DNA from: an uncultured Mycoplasmatota bacterium
GTDB taxonomy: Bacteria; Bacillota_I; Bacilli_A; RF39; UBA660
DNA length: 64,000 nt
NCBI GenBank assembly: GCA_900549285.1
Contig: URNW01000003.1
Location: 7,975 to 71,974 of the forward strand
Reading direction: 5' to 3'
How positions within the stretch are numbered: position 1 is the stretch's first letter; every line of letters starts with the position of its first letter. Below are positions 56,270 to 64,000 of the stretch, one piece after another. The position numbers and the translations under genes were made by a program. The notes beneath the pieces are model-generated. The model was not told the DNA's origin and searched no databases. It saw only the letters and a list, made by a program, of their open reading frames with translations.

Positions 56270-56728
56270 ATGAAAAAAATAAAGATCGAATTAAATAATT
56301 TAGATAACGCAACCAATCAATTTAATAACGAAGTATTAGATAATGAATTAGATAATTACATTACAAATACAAGCCTACATATTTTACCTAAAGAAGCAAT
56401 ACTTCTAAATATATATGGCATTTCAAAATACCAAGAACAGGAACAATTAATAAAATTAATTCATACTCACTATGAAAAAAAAGTAAAACAATTAAAGCAA
56501 ATTGATAAATATGATGATTATTTTCGGATGATTTTATTACTCTTAGGCATAATTTTAATCATCATTTCTGAACACTTAACTTCCTTTCTAAGTGAATTAT
56601 TCTTAATCGCTGGTTGGGTAGTAGTATGGGAAATGGTCTATGATATCCTATTTACTGGAATGAAAAGAAAAAGAAGTTTAAATTTATATAAAAAACTGGC
56701 TACTTGTAAAATAGAATTTTTAAATTAA
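56270..56728 (+). CDS. Hypothetical protein with a C-terminal two-TM module
   Basis: 152 aa. The soluble N-terminal half is followed by the helices MILLLLGIILIIISEHL and FLSELFLIAGWVVVWEMVYDILF. Confidence 0.5.
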   Translation: MKKIKIELNNLDNATNQFNNEVLDNELDNYITNTSLHILPKEAILLNIYGISKYQEQEQLIKLIHTHYEKKVKQLKQIDKYDDYFRMILLLLGIILIIISEHLTSFLSELFLIAGWVVVWEMVYDILFTGMKRKRSLNLYKKLATCKIEFLN

Positions 56729-56782
56729 AAGGATAGATTATCACTCCAAGTTATGATAAAATATGAATAATAAGGAGTGTAT

Positions 56783-57886
56783 ATGAAAAATAAAGAAAAT
56801 TTATGTTTAATTGTTATGGACAATTGTAAAGAACTAGGCTTAAAAGTAAATAAGGAAATTAAAAAAATTAGAAATTCAGAAAATAACTATTTAATTCCTG
56901 CTAATATTACTAGATTTAATGATGGTGAAGGTAAAGTAACGATTTTAGAAACCATTAGAGGCAAAGACGTTTATATCCTAAGCGATACTCACAATTATAA
57001 TATAACCTATAACATGTATGGAATCACGCACAATATGAGCCCAGATGAACATTTTCAAGACATCAAAAGAGTAATTTCTGCAATTATGGGACATGCACAA
57101 AGTATCAGGGTTGTCATGCCTTTTTTATATGCTTCTCGTCAACACCGAAGAAAATCTCGTGAATCACTAGATTGTGCATTAGCCCTTCAAGAACTTAATA
57201 ATTTAGGAATTAGTGGTATTGTAACATTTGATGCTCATGATCCAAATGTGCAAAATGCCATCCCTACTCTTCCTTTTGATAATTTTTTTCCCACAAATGA
57301 TATGTTAAAAGTATTCTTAAAAAAAGAAGAATTTATTCCAGAAGAAACACTAGTAATAAGTCCTGACACAGGAGCAATGGACCGAGCAAGATTTTTAGCA
57401 GATATTCTCCGTGTTGATGTTGGTATGTTTTATAAAAGAAGAGATATTTCTAAAATTATAGATGGTCATAATCCAATCGTTGCACATGAATATTTAGGAA
57501 AAGATGTAACAAATAAAACTATAATAATTGTTGATGATATGTTAGCAAGTGGTGGCTCTATGATTGATGTAGCAAAAGAATTAAAAAAACGAGGAGCCAA
57601 AAAAATATTTTTCTTTACAACATTTGCACTTTTCACCTCAGGTTATAAGCTATTAGATGAAGCATATAAAAATAAATTTCTAGATGCAATCTATTCTACA
57701 AATTTAACTTACATTCCCCCTGAAATATTAAATAAACCATGGATGAACATAGCAGATTGTTCAAATTATCTAGCTAAAATCATTGATAGTCTCAACAAAG
57801 GAAATTCAATTACAAGTCTAATAAAAGATAATTCTGCTATTACCAATTATAAAAAAGAAAAAAATTTATTCAAACAAAAAAGCTGA
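56783..57886 (+). CDS. prs: Ribose-phosphate diphosphokinase (PRPP synthetase) family protein, long form
   Basis: FNDGEGKV, RVVMPFLYASRQHRR, TFDAHD, VISPDTGAMDRAR, IIVDDMLASGGSM (PRPP-binding loop). AAGGAG SD. Confidence 0.8.
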   Translation: MKNKENLCLIVMDNCKELGLKVNKEIKKIRNSENNYLIPANITRFNDGEGKVTILETIRGKDVYILSDTHNYNITYNMYGITHNMSPDEHFQDIKRVISAIMGHAQSIRVVMPFLYASRQHRRKSRESLDCALALQELNNLGISGIVTFDAHDPNVQNAIPTLPFDNFFPTNDMLKVFLKKEEFIPEETLVISPDTGAMDRARFLADILRVDVGMFYKRRDISKIIDGHNPIVAHEYLGKDVTNKTIIIVDDMLASGGSMIDVAKELKKRGAKKIFFFTTFALFTSGYKLLDEAYKNKFLDAIYSTNLTYIPPEILNKPWMNIADCSNYLAKIIDSLNKGNSITSLIKDNSAITNYKKEKNLFKQKS

Positions 57887-57904
57887 TGATAAATAACCAT
57901 CAGC

Positions 57905-58435
57905 TTATCTTTTTCTTTTCAAATCTTCTTCTTGTCTTTTTTCTAAGTAATAATAACTTTTTTCTTCAGGCAAATATCCTTCATCCTCTAAAAGTTTGAT
58001 TTTTCTTCTATCATAAGCCCAATATTTTCCTACTTCCATAAAAGATACTTTACCAGTATTCATATTAATATAAGTAATATAAGTAGTAATATCAAAATTA
58101 TCATAACCATGTCCCAATGAATAAAATTTTTCTAAAATTTGATGATGGAATCCTAAAAGCATTAATTTAGTATAAACAAGAGGATTTTTAACTTCAACAT
58201 TAAAATTATTTTGCCTAAAACGTGTCATTGGCAAGTAGTTTTCTTCACGCAACTCATAAAGAGCCTCTTCAATATTAGAAGGAATATCTACACCAAGATA
58301 ATCATAATGCCGATAAGATTGCTTCTTACCACTTCTATTTTCAATTGTTTCATCATATACTTTATATTTTGCTATCATAAGTTCATTATTGCTATTTAAA
58401 TGAATATCATAAGCATAATATGTATTATTAATCAT
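57905..58435 (-). CDS. Hypothetical protein (176 aa)
   Basis: ORF with a plausible SD. No motif. Confidence 0.45.
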   Translation of the reverse strand: MINNTYYAYDIHLNSNNELMIAKYKVYDETIENRSGKKQSYRHYDYLGVDIPSNIEEALYELREENYLPMTRFRQNNFNVEVKNPLVYTKLMLLGFHHQILEKFYSLGHGYDNFDITTYITYINMNTGKVSFMEVGKYWAYDRRKIKLLEDEGYLPEEKSYYYLEKRQEEDLKRKR

Positions 58436-58499
58436 TTTCTCACCTCATTTATAGTATTTTATCACAATTTTAGGAAATAATAAAGTTAAGGAGGCTAAA

Positions 58500-58703
58500 A
58501 TGAAAAACTCAGGATGCAGTAAATGTGAAGAGACAACTGTTCAAGGCCGTGCTTATATTGATGAAAAAACAGGACTTTTATGTGTCTCATTAGAAGAAAA
58601 ATATGAAAAACCTAAAGGATTAAAAATATTAGTACCTTTTGTATGTACAACCTGCGGTACCACAAATTGGAAAACAATTGATACCGAAGAAGATAAAAAA
58701 TAG
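58500..58703 (+). CDS. Small zinc-ribbon-like protein
   Basis: AAGGAGG SD. Two CxxC pairs (CSKC ... CTTC) in 67 aa. Confidence 0.45.
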   Translation: MKNSGCSKCEETTVQGRAYIDEKTGLLCVSLEEKYEKPKGLKILVPFVCTTCGTTNWKTIDTEEDKK

Positions 58704-58716
58704 AGCCAAGTTCGCT

Positions 58717-59334
58717 CTATTTTTTTCTTCTAATTGAAACTAAATTTTTACCTTCAAAAACCAATTCAATAATATTGATACCATCCCATGCTCCATCAAT
58801 AATTGCTTCATCTTGAAAATTTAAAATTAAACGATTATCCAAATTAAATCCCTTTGTACACCAGTTACTAAGTAAACAAGTAATAGCAACATTATGAGTA
58901 AAAACAGCAATAGACTTATCTGAGTGAACTTGTAATAAATACTGAATAAAATATAGCATTCTTTTTTTTACTTCATTCAAAGATTCTCCACCTAAAAGTT
59001 TATAATCAAAATCATTTTCTTGAATTTCTGTAATCATTCTTATTTTTTTATCACCCAAATTACCAAGAATTCTCTCACCAATTTCTGATTGAATATTAAT
59101 ATCCAATTCTAAACTTTTAGCTAAATATTTTGCCGTTGCAAGGCTCATAACATAAGATGAAGAATATATTACTTGAACAGACTGTAAATCTTTATCATAA
59201 ATAAGCTTTTTACTTGCTTCTTCTCCTTCAATACTAAGAATCCTTTTCTCTCTTTTTTGTTCTAATGATTCCTCATCAGGAAAAGAAAGATTATTCATAG
59301 TAAGACTATTATTAATAAGATAGATCACTGTCAT
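58717..59334 (-). CDS. Histidine-phosphatase (phosphoglycerate mutase) superfamily protein with a degenerate catalytic motif
   Basis: Collinear blocks LSIEGEEASKKL, VIYSSSYVMSLATAKYLA, GGESLNEVKKRM, IAVFTHNVAITCLL. The N-terminal RHG position reads INNS. Confidence 0.55.
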   Translation of the reverse strand: MTVIYLINNSLTMNNLSFPDEESLEQKREKRILSIEGEEASKKLIYDKDLQSVQVIYSSSYVMSLATAKYLAKSLELDINIQSEIGERILGNLGDKKIRMITEIQENDFDYKLLGGESLNEVKKRMLYFIQYLLQVHSDKSIAVFTHNVAITCLLSNWCTKGFNLDNRLILNFQDEAIIDGAWDGINIIELVFEGKNLVSIRRKK

Positions 59335-59390
59335 TCTTTTTCACCTACTCTAAAAATATTATAAAAGAAAATAAAAAAAGAAGCAAGCAT

Positions 59391-59855
59391 TTACTTTCTT
59401 CTCTCCCTAATAATTGGTTTAACAATTTCAAAAGTCTTAACATATTGATAATTTGAATTAAAAGAACATGGATACTCTAGTTTTCGCATAGAACCGAAAT
59501 AGCCTATTTTATCTGACCAAGTTCCATCTTTCAAATTTTGTCTTATAAAATGGAAATCATTACAAAAAGAATGATAAAAAGATAAATATAACATTACTTT
59601 ATAGCCACCATGATAATTAGGTAAATCCACTTCAGAATCAAAAACCTGAATTCCTAAAATAGAGCAATCATGATAAAAATTTTGTAATATACTAGAAGCA
59701 TTTCCTGGTAAAGCGTAATTTTTAGTTGTATAAGTAAAACCACAATTAAATGGAAATAATTCTTCTTGCCCCAAACTAATAAATTTATCTATAAACTCTT
59801 TTTTACTAGGTAACCCTAAGGCATAAGTATAACAGTTACCTAAATAATAATCCAA
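59391..59855 (-). CDS. Hypothetical Cys/His-containing protein (154 aa)
   Basis: ORF only. GNCYTYALG and DFHFIRQ..DGTWSDKIG hint at a Cys-His hydrolase fold, but this is speculative. Confidence 0.4.
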   Translation of the reverse strand: MDYYLGNCYTYALGLPSKKEFIDKFISLGQEELFPFNCGFTYTTKNYALPGNASSILQNFYHDCSILGIQVFDSEVDLPNYHGGYKVMLYLSFYHSFCNDFHFIRQNLKDGTWSDKIGYFGSMRKLEYPCSFNSNYQYVKTFEIVKPIIRERRK

Positions 59856-60124
59856 TAAATTATCTTCTTAACTAAGATAATTGGTTCCTAATTTAATTTC
59901 TTCTTTTAAATAATCTACATATAATCGTTCAACTTCTAAAGAATTAGCAACATTTTTTAATTTCATAAGTAACTTTAATTGTTTCAGCCAAAGTTGCATT
60001 TCTAAAACTGACATAAATCCTCCCATACATTCTCCTATTTTACAAAATACAAAAATAAAAGTCAATTATGATTTACAAACCCTTCATAATCACTTATAAT
60101 CATTAAAGAAAAGAAGGAATAAAT

Positions 60125-60631
60125 ATGTTAAACGTTGTTTTATTTGAACCAGAAATACCTGGAAATACAGGAAATATTATGCGTACTTGTGTTGCAACCA
60201 ATACCACCTTACATCTAATAAAGCCTTTAGGATTCTCATTAGATGAAAAATATATCAAAAGAAGTGGTGTAAATTATATAGATAAATGTAAATATTTTAT
60301 ATATGAAAATATAGAAGAATTTTTCAGTAAAAACAAAGGAGAATATTTTTTCTTTACTAGATATGGCCACAAACCTCATTCAACTGTTAACTTTAATCAA
60401 ATAAAAAATAATATTTATTTAATTTTTGGCAAAGAAAGCACAGGAATACCTAAAGAAATATTAAAACCTTATCTAGATAGATGCTATCGTATTCCCATGA
60501 CAGCTAATGTTAGAGCTCTAAATTTATCAAACACAGTAGCAATTGGTATTTACGAAGTTTTAAGGCAAAAAAATTATGAGGGTCTACTATTTGATGAACC
60601 TCATAAAAGTAAAACATTCCTTGAAGACTAA
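60125..60631 (+). CDS. trmL: tRNA (cytidine/uridine34-2'-O)-methyltransferase TrmL (SpoU/TrmH family)
   Basis: VVLFEPEIPGNTGNIMRTC, IFGKESTGIP, RIPM...RALNLSNTVAIGIYEVLRQ. Confidence 0.85.
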   Translation: MLNVVLFEPEIPGNTGNIMRTCVATNTTLHLIKPLGFSLDEKYIKRSGVNYIDKCKYFIYENIEEFFSKNKGEYFFFTRYGHKPHSTVNFNQIKNNIYLIFGKESTGIPKEILKPYLDRCYRIPMTANVRALNLSNTVAIGIYEVLRQKNYEGLLFDEPHKSKTFLED

Positions 60632-60762
60632 ATCATTCTCACATATACTGCCACAGAACAAACAATAAGTAAAATAATTAATAAAATAATAATAACCATA
60701 TTATTTAAATTATTTTGCTTTTTTAAATGAATCAATTTTTCATTTATATTTTTCTCTTCCAT
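60628..60762 (-). CDS. Possible 44-aa single-TM peptide
   Basis: GAGGT SD then ATG. Translation MEEKNINEKLIHLKKQNNLNNMVIIILLIILLIVCSVAVYVRMI. Not in the supplied ORF track and supported only by the SD and the hydrophobic helix. Confidence 0.3.
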   Translation of the reverse strand: MEEKNINEKLIHLKKQNNLNNMVIIILLIILLIVCSVAVYVRMI

Positions 60763-60933
60763 TTCAATTACCTCAATTCTATTATATAAAAATTTAGACA
60801 AGGTATGGTAATAATTAATAAAAGGTATGTCTATATATTGTCAATAACAAGTTATTATAGACAAAAAAGAAAAAAAAGAGTATAATGTTATTTAGTCAAA
60901 AACTTTTATTACTGATTACGAAAGGAAGATTAA

Positions 60934-62607
60934 ATGAAAAATAATAGTAATATTACGTCTATTTTTGCGTTAGGCGGATTAGGCGAAGTTGGAAAAAATA
61001 TGTATATTATAACTCACAATGAAGAGATAATAATCATTGATGCTGGTGTTATGTTCCCAGAAGATGATTTACTTGGAATTGATTATGTAATACAAGATGT
61101 TTCTTATTTAAAACAAAATGAAAATAAAATTAAAGGTTTATTTATTACTCATGGTCATGAAGATCATATTGGAGGAATTTCTTTCCTTTTAAATAGTGTA
61201 AATATTCCTAAAATTTATGCTTCTAAAATTGCCGCTGATCTAATTAATAAGAAATTATTAGATCGAAACATCAAATACGAAAATATAGAAATTGTAAATG
61301 AGCAAACCATTATAAAAACAAAATATTTTACCATTGAGTTTGTAGGTACAACTCATTCAATTCCCGAATCTTTTGCTCTTGCAATACACACACCAAATGG
61401 TTTAATATTTGAAACAGGAGATTTTAAATTTGATTTAACTCCAATTGGCCCAATGGCAAATATTCATAAAATGGCCGAGTTAGGAAAGAAAGGCGTTACT
61501 CTTCTTCTAAGTGATTCAACCAACGCTTTATCAGAAGGCTTTTCTAAGAGTGAATCAAGTGTAGATGAAGCATTAAATGATATAGTATCTAAACATTATG
61601 GACGAGTAATCATTGCCACTTTTGCTTCTAATATTTATCGTATTAAACATATCGTAGAAACATGCCGTAAAAACAATCGTAAAATTATTGTTTTTGGTAG
61701 ATCCATGGAAACAAGCATTGAACTGGCTATGAACAACGGTTTAATTGAAGATAAGACCATATTTATTGATAATAATGAAGCTAAAAATTTAAAGAAAAAT
61801 GAAATTTGTATACTATGTACAGGAACACAAGGAGAACCTCTAGCCGCATTATCTCGTATTGCTAATGGAATACATAAGCAAATTACTTTAATGCCTGATG
61901 ATTTAGTTGTCTTTTCATCTTCTCCTATTCCAGGAAATGCAGCAAGTATTAATAAAGTGATTAATAAACTTTATTTAAAAGGCGTAAAAGTATACACGAA
62001 TAAAACCTTTAATGATGTTCATACTTCTGGACACGCTAAAGAAGAAGAATTAAAATGGATGCTTAGAATTATTAAGCCAAAATACTTTATGCCAATGCAT
62101 GGTGAATATCGTATGTTAAAACAACATGGAGAAATCGCTATTTCTTGTGATATACCCAAAGAAAATATATTTATATGTAAAAATGGTGATGTAATTAATA
62201 TTAAAGATGGAATTGTTACTCGTGGAGATACTGTAAAAAGTGGTGATGTTTATGTTGATGGCTCTCGTATTGGGGATGTAGGAAGTCAAATTATCAAAGA
62301 TCGTAAATTAATGAGTAGTGATGGAATATTAGTAACCATATTAAATATCAATACTTTAACAAGAAAATTATTAATTAAGCCAAATGTAACAACTAGAGGT
62401 TTCATTATGGTTAATGAAAATCCTGAATTAATAAGTAAAATTGAAAGAAAAATAACAGAAATAGTAAATACTTTTCTCTCAACTTCAACTTACAATTATA
62501 CCGATTTAAAAAATCAAATTATTTTAGAACTATATCCATTTATCAATGATCTTACAGGAAGACGTCCAATTATCTTACCTGTTATTATGGAAGTAAATCA
62601 AGCCTAA
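60934..62607 (+). CDS. rnjA: Ribonuclease J (J1-type, intact active-site motifs)
   Basis: IFALGGLGEVGKNMY, THGHEDHIGG, beta-CASP region, HTSGHA, and a C-terminal domain. 557 aa. Confidence 0.95.
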   Translation: MKNNSNITSIFALGGLGEVGKNMYIITHNEEIIIIDAGVMFPEDDLLGIDYVIQDVSYLKQNENKIKGLFITHGHEDHIGGISFLLNSVNIPKIYASKIAADLINKKLLDRNIKYENIEIVNEQTIIKTKYFTIEFVGTTHSIPESFALAIHTPNGLIFETGDFKFDLTPIGPMANIHKMAELGKKGVTLLLSDSTNALSEGFSKSESSVDEALNDIVSKHYGRVIIATFASNIYRIKHIVETCRKNNRKIIVFGRSMETSIELAMNNGLIEDKTIFIDNNEAKNLKKNEICILCTGTQGEPLAALSRIANGIHKQITLMPDDLVVFSSSPIPGNAASINKVINKLYLKGVKVYTNKTFNDVHTSGHAKEEELKWMLRIIKPKYFMPMHGEYRMLKQHGEIAISCDIPKENIFICKNGDVINIKDGIVTRGDTVKSGDVYVDGSRIGDVGSQIIKDRKLMSSDGILVTILNINTLTRKLLIKPNVTTRGFIMVNENPELISKIERKITEIVNTFLSTSTYNYTDLKNQIILELYPFINDLTGRRPIILPVIMEVNQA

Positions 62608-62623
62608 CAAGCTTGTTTTTTTT
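62606..62623 (+). terminator. Rho-independent terminator of rnjA
   Basis: Palindrome AACAAGCTTGTT followed by T7. Confidence 0.65.
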
Positions 62624-62677
62624 GACATAAACTTAATTTTAAAGTATAATATAGTGCCAACAAAGGAGATAATAGTT

Positions 62678-63208
62678 ATGTTTACCTTATTAGAAATATC
62701 AAATAAAGATGAAAATAGTTTAAAATTAAATTACCTATTTGTAAAAGAAGCTTCTAAAAATGATTGGAAAAAAAGATATCAATTATCTTGCCTTTTAAAA
62801 AATATCCCTATAATTAAACAAGGAAATTTATCGGATTATGAATACTTTAAAGCTACCGAAAAACAAAAAGCTCCTTTTGAACTAGCAAATAAAGAATATT
62901 TACTGCTAATAAATGATATTCCCGTATCAAGCGTTTATGTAATTCACAAAAATGAAAAAATAGTAGACATTACTGTAACTACTCTAGCAAAATACCGTAG
63001 AAAAGGATATGCCCAAATGGCAATACAATTAGTTGAAGAAAAAATATTTGCAAATCCTAATATATTCTTTGCAACAATTACAGATATTACAAAAGAAAAA
63101 ATCAGTTCAAAAATAGCTACTGCTTTAGGCTATACTTATCATGAAGAAACCAATACTTTTATAAAAGCAAATCCTATTTTAGAAGAAAAAATCACTCATC
63201 AATTGTAG
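62678..63208 (+). CDS. GNAT-family N-acetyltransferase (probable)
   Basis: AAGGAG SD. VTTLAKYRRKGYAQMAIQLVEE resembles GNAT motif A (R/Q-x-x-G-x-A/G). Confidence 0.55.
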   Translation: MFTLLEISNKDENSLKLNYLFVKEASKNDWKKRYQLSCLLKNIPIIKQGNLSDYEYFKATEKQKAPFELANKEYLLLINDIPVSSVYVIHKNEKIVDITVTTLAKYRRKGYAQMAIQLVEEKIFANPNIFFATITDITKEKISSKIATALGYTYHEETNTFIKANPILEEKITHQL

Positions 63209-64000
63209 CGTGCCTAAGCATACCAGAATTAGTACGTTCCAAAAAACGAACTCTAATTGTATAAATTGGTTTTACAAAATTAACATCTTTTAAAAAATTA
63301 ACAAATTGACTGTTAATTTTTTTTAATTTTTTAAGCTTCTTTATAATTTCATGTTTTTTATTAACACCAACTTTACCAACATATTTTATACTTTCCTTTT
63401 TATATTCACCGAGAATCAAACTATAAGTATTAGTCATTTCAAGATATCCAAGAATCAAAAAATTATCTACTTTAATATTTTTTATCTTTATCCAATCTAA
63501 TGTTCTTTCACCAAAAAAATATAAACTATTTTTTTTCTTAGCAACAACCCCTTCTAATCCCATTTTTTTTACTAATTGAAATAAAGCAACTCCTTTAAAA
63601 TAAACTTTAGATTTCATAAAATTCAGTGTATCATTATAACAATTTAAAATTTTTTTTCTTTCAACTAAAGTATTCTTAGTTAGATCCTTATTATCATATA
63701 AAATATCAAAAGCTATAAAAGTAACGGGTATCTCTTCTATTAAACTTTCAGTAATACTTTTTTTTCTACTTCTTTTTTGCAATAAAGAAAAATTAGGAAT
63801 TCCATTTAAAGTAGCAATAATTTCACCATCAAAAATAACCTCATGATCTTTAACAATCTTTTGTATTTCTCTTAATTCTGGATATTTTAAAGTAACATCA
63901 TTTCCATTTCGAGTTAAAATAACAAATTCTTTTTGACTCGCATATATAAAAGTTCGAAAGCCATCAAATTTAATTTCATATAAATAATTAGAATCCTGAA
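63192..64000 (-). CDS. ATP-dependent DNA ligase (LigD-type ligase domain), partial at the window edge
   Basis: The frame stays open from 64000 through the called ORF. YEIKFDGFR (motif I KxDG), VIFDGEI, FIAFDILY, GLEGVVAKK and WIKIK are adenylation/OB-domain motifs. The N-terminus lies outside the window. Confidence 0.8.
   Translation of the reverse strand, partial: QDSNYLYEIKFDGFRTFIYASQKEFVILTRNGNDVTLKYPELREIQKIVKDHEVIFDGEIIATLNGIPNFSLLQKRSRKKSITESLIEEIPVTFIAFDILYDNKDLTKNTLVERKKILNCYNDTLNFMKSKVYFKGVALFQLVKKMGLEGVVAKKKNSLYFFGERTLDWIKIKNIKVDNFLILGYLEMTNTYSLILGEYKKESIKYVGKVGVNKKHEIIKKLKKLKKINSQFVNFLKDVNFVKPIYTIRVRFLERTNSGMLRHATIDE

Noticed and set aside
7188-58399. Roughly two dozen 60-115-aa ORFs in the supplied track that lie antisense to or overlap longer genes: 7188..7415, 8984..9178, 11237..11464, 11256..11516, 13194..13385, 17688..17876, 22713..23057, 24955..25137, 28621..28911, 33962..34189, 37967..38182, 38958..39167, 47108..47296, 48166..48465, 48671..48889, 50189..50407, 51002..51259, 51844..52185, 53632..53862, 54225..54470, 56059..56316, 58211..58399.
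   Set aside because: All sit inside or opposite well-supported genes. They lack convincing Shine-Dalgarno sequences and have low-complexity Ile/Phe/Ser/Leu-rich translations, as expected from the reverse frames of AT-rich coding DNA.
59868-60065. 65-aa ORF upstream of the 154-aa Cys/His protein, considered as a small antitoxin/immunity-like partner gene. A 48-aa version would start at 60014 after GGAGGA.
   Set aside because: The SD-to-ATG spacing is only about 4 nt, there is no recognisable motif, and nothing shows that the neighbour is a toxin. Evidence is too weak to call a gene or a toxin-antitoxin pair.

Overview
AT-rich (roughly 27-30% GC by eye) chromosomal segment of a low-GC, endospore-forming Firmicute. 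Sporulation markers are spoIIP, gpr, a yqxA-like gene, and CotD-like and Cse60-like genes. The tmRNA tag ending in AFA fits an Erysipelotrichia/Mollicutes-related lineage, but that placement is inference only. Standard genetic code. Most genes left of ~53.8 kb are on the minus strand. Housekeeping content: ffh, an ABC-F ATPase, rpsT, addB-addA, tRNA-Asn, lysS, trmB, a MOP flippase, a T-box-led pepS-tyrS pair, two RNase J paralogues, tmRNA (ssrA), prs, trmL and a partial ATP-dependent DNA ligase. The standout region is ~21.5-34.2 kb, directly downstream of tRNA-Asn and bracketed by two decayed, directly repeated Rpn-family (PD-(D/E)XK transposase-like) genes. It holds an eight-gene operon with its own consensus promoter and terminator. 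The operon has a CpaF/TadA-type secretion ATPase, two T2SSF-like platform proteins and a CpaB-like protein. I can see no Flp pilin, prepilin peptidase or TadZ. It also encodes a 1267-aa secreted protein with dense acidic cysteine clusters, a secreted C-terminally anchored protein, and two small membrane proteins; one of these has its own consensus promoter. I regard this as a candidate atypical Tad-like (type IV filament superfamily) system. Other points of interest: a 4 x 243-nt coding tandem repeat inserted into the conserved rpsT-gpr-spoIIP block; addBA translationally coupled to a nucleotidase/nucleoside-hydrolase fusion and an HD hydrolase; LysRS with a C-terminal tRNA-binding-type domain; a sortase B with a large N-terminal cytoplasmic extension; a compact Tyr T-box without an obvious terminator; and several enzyme-family proteins with lost catalytic residues. 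All calls rest on reading the translations and DNA by eye. No database search was run.
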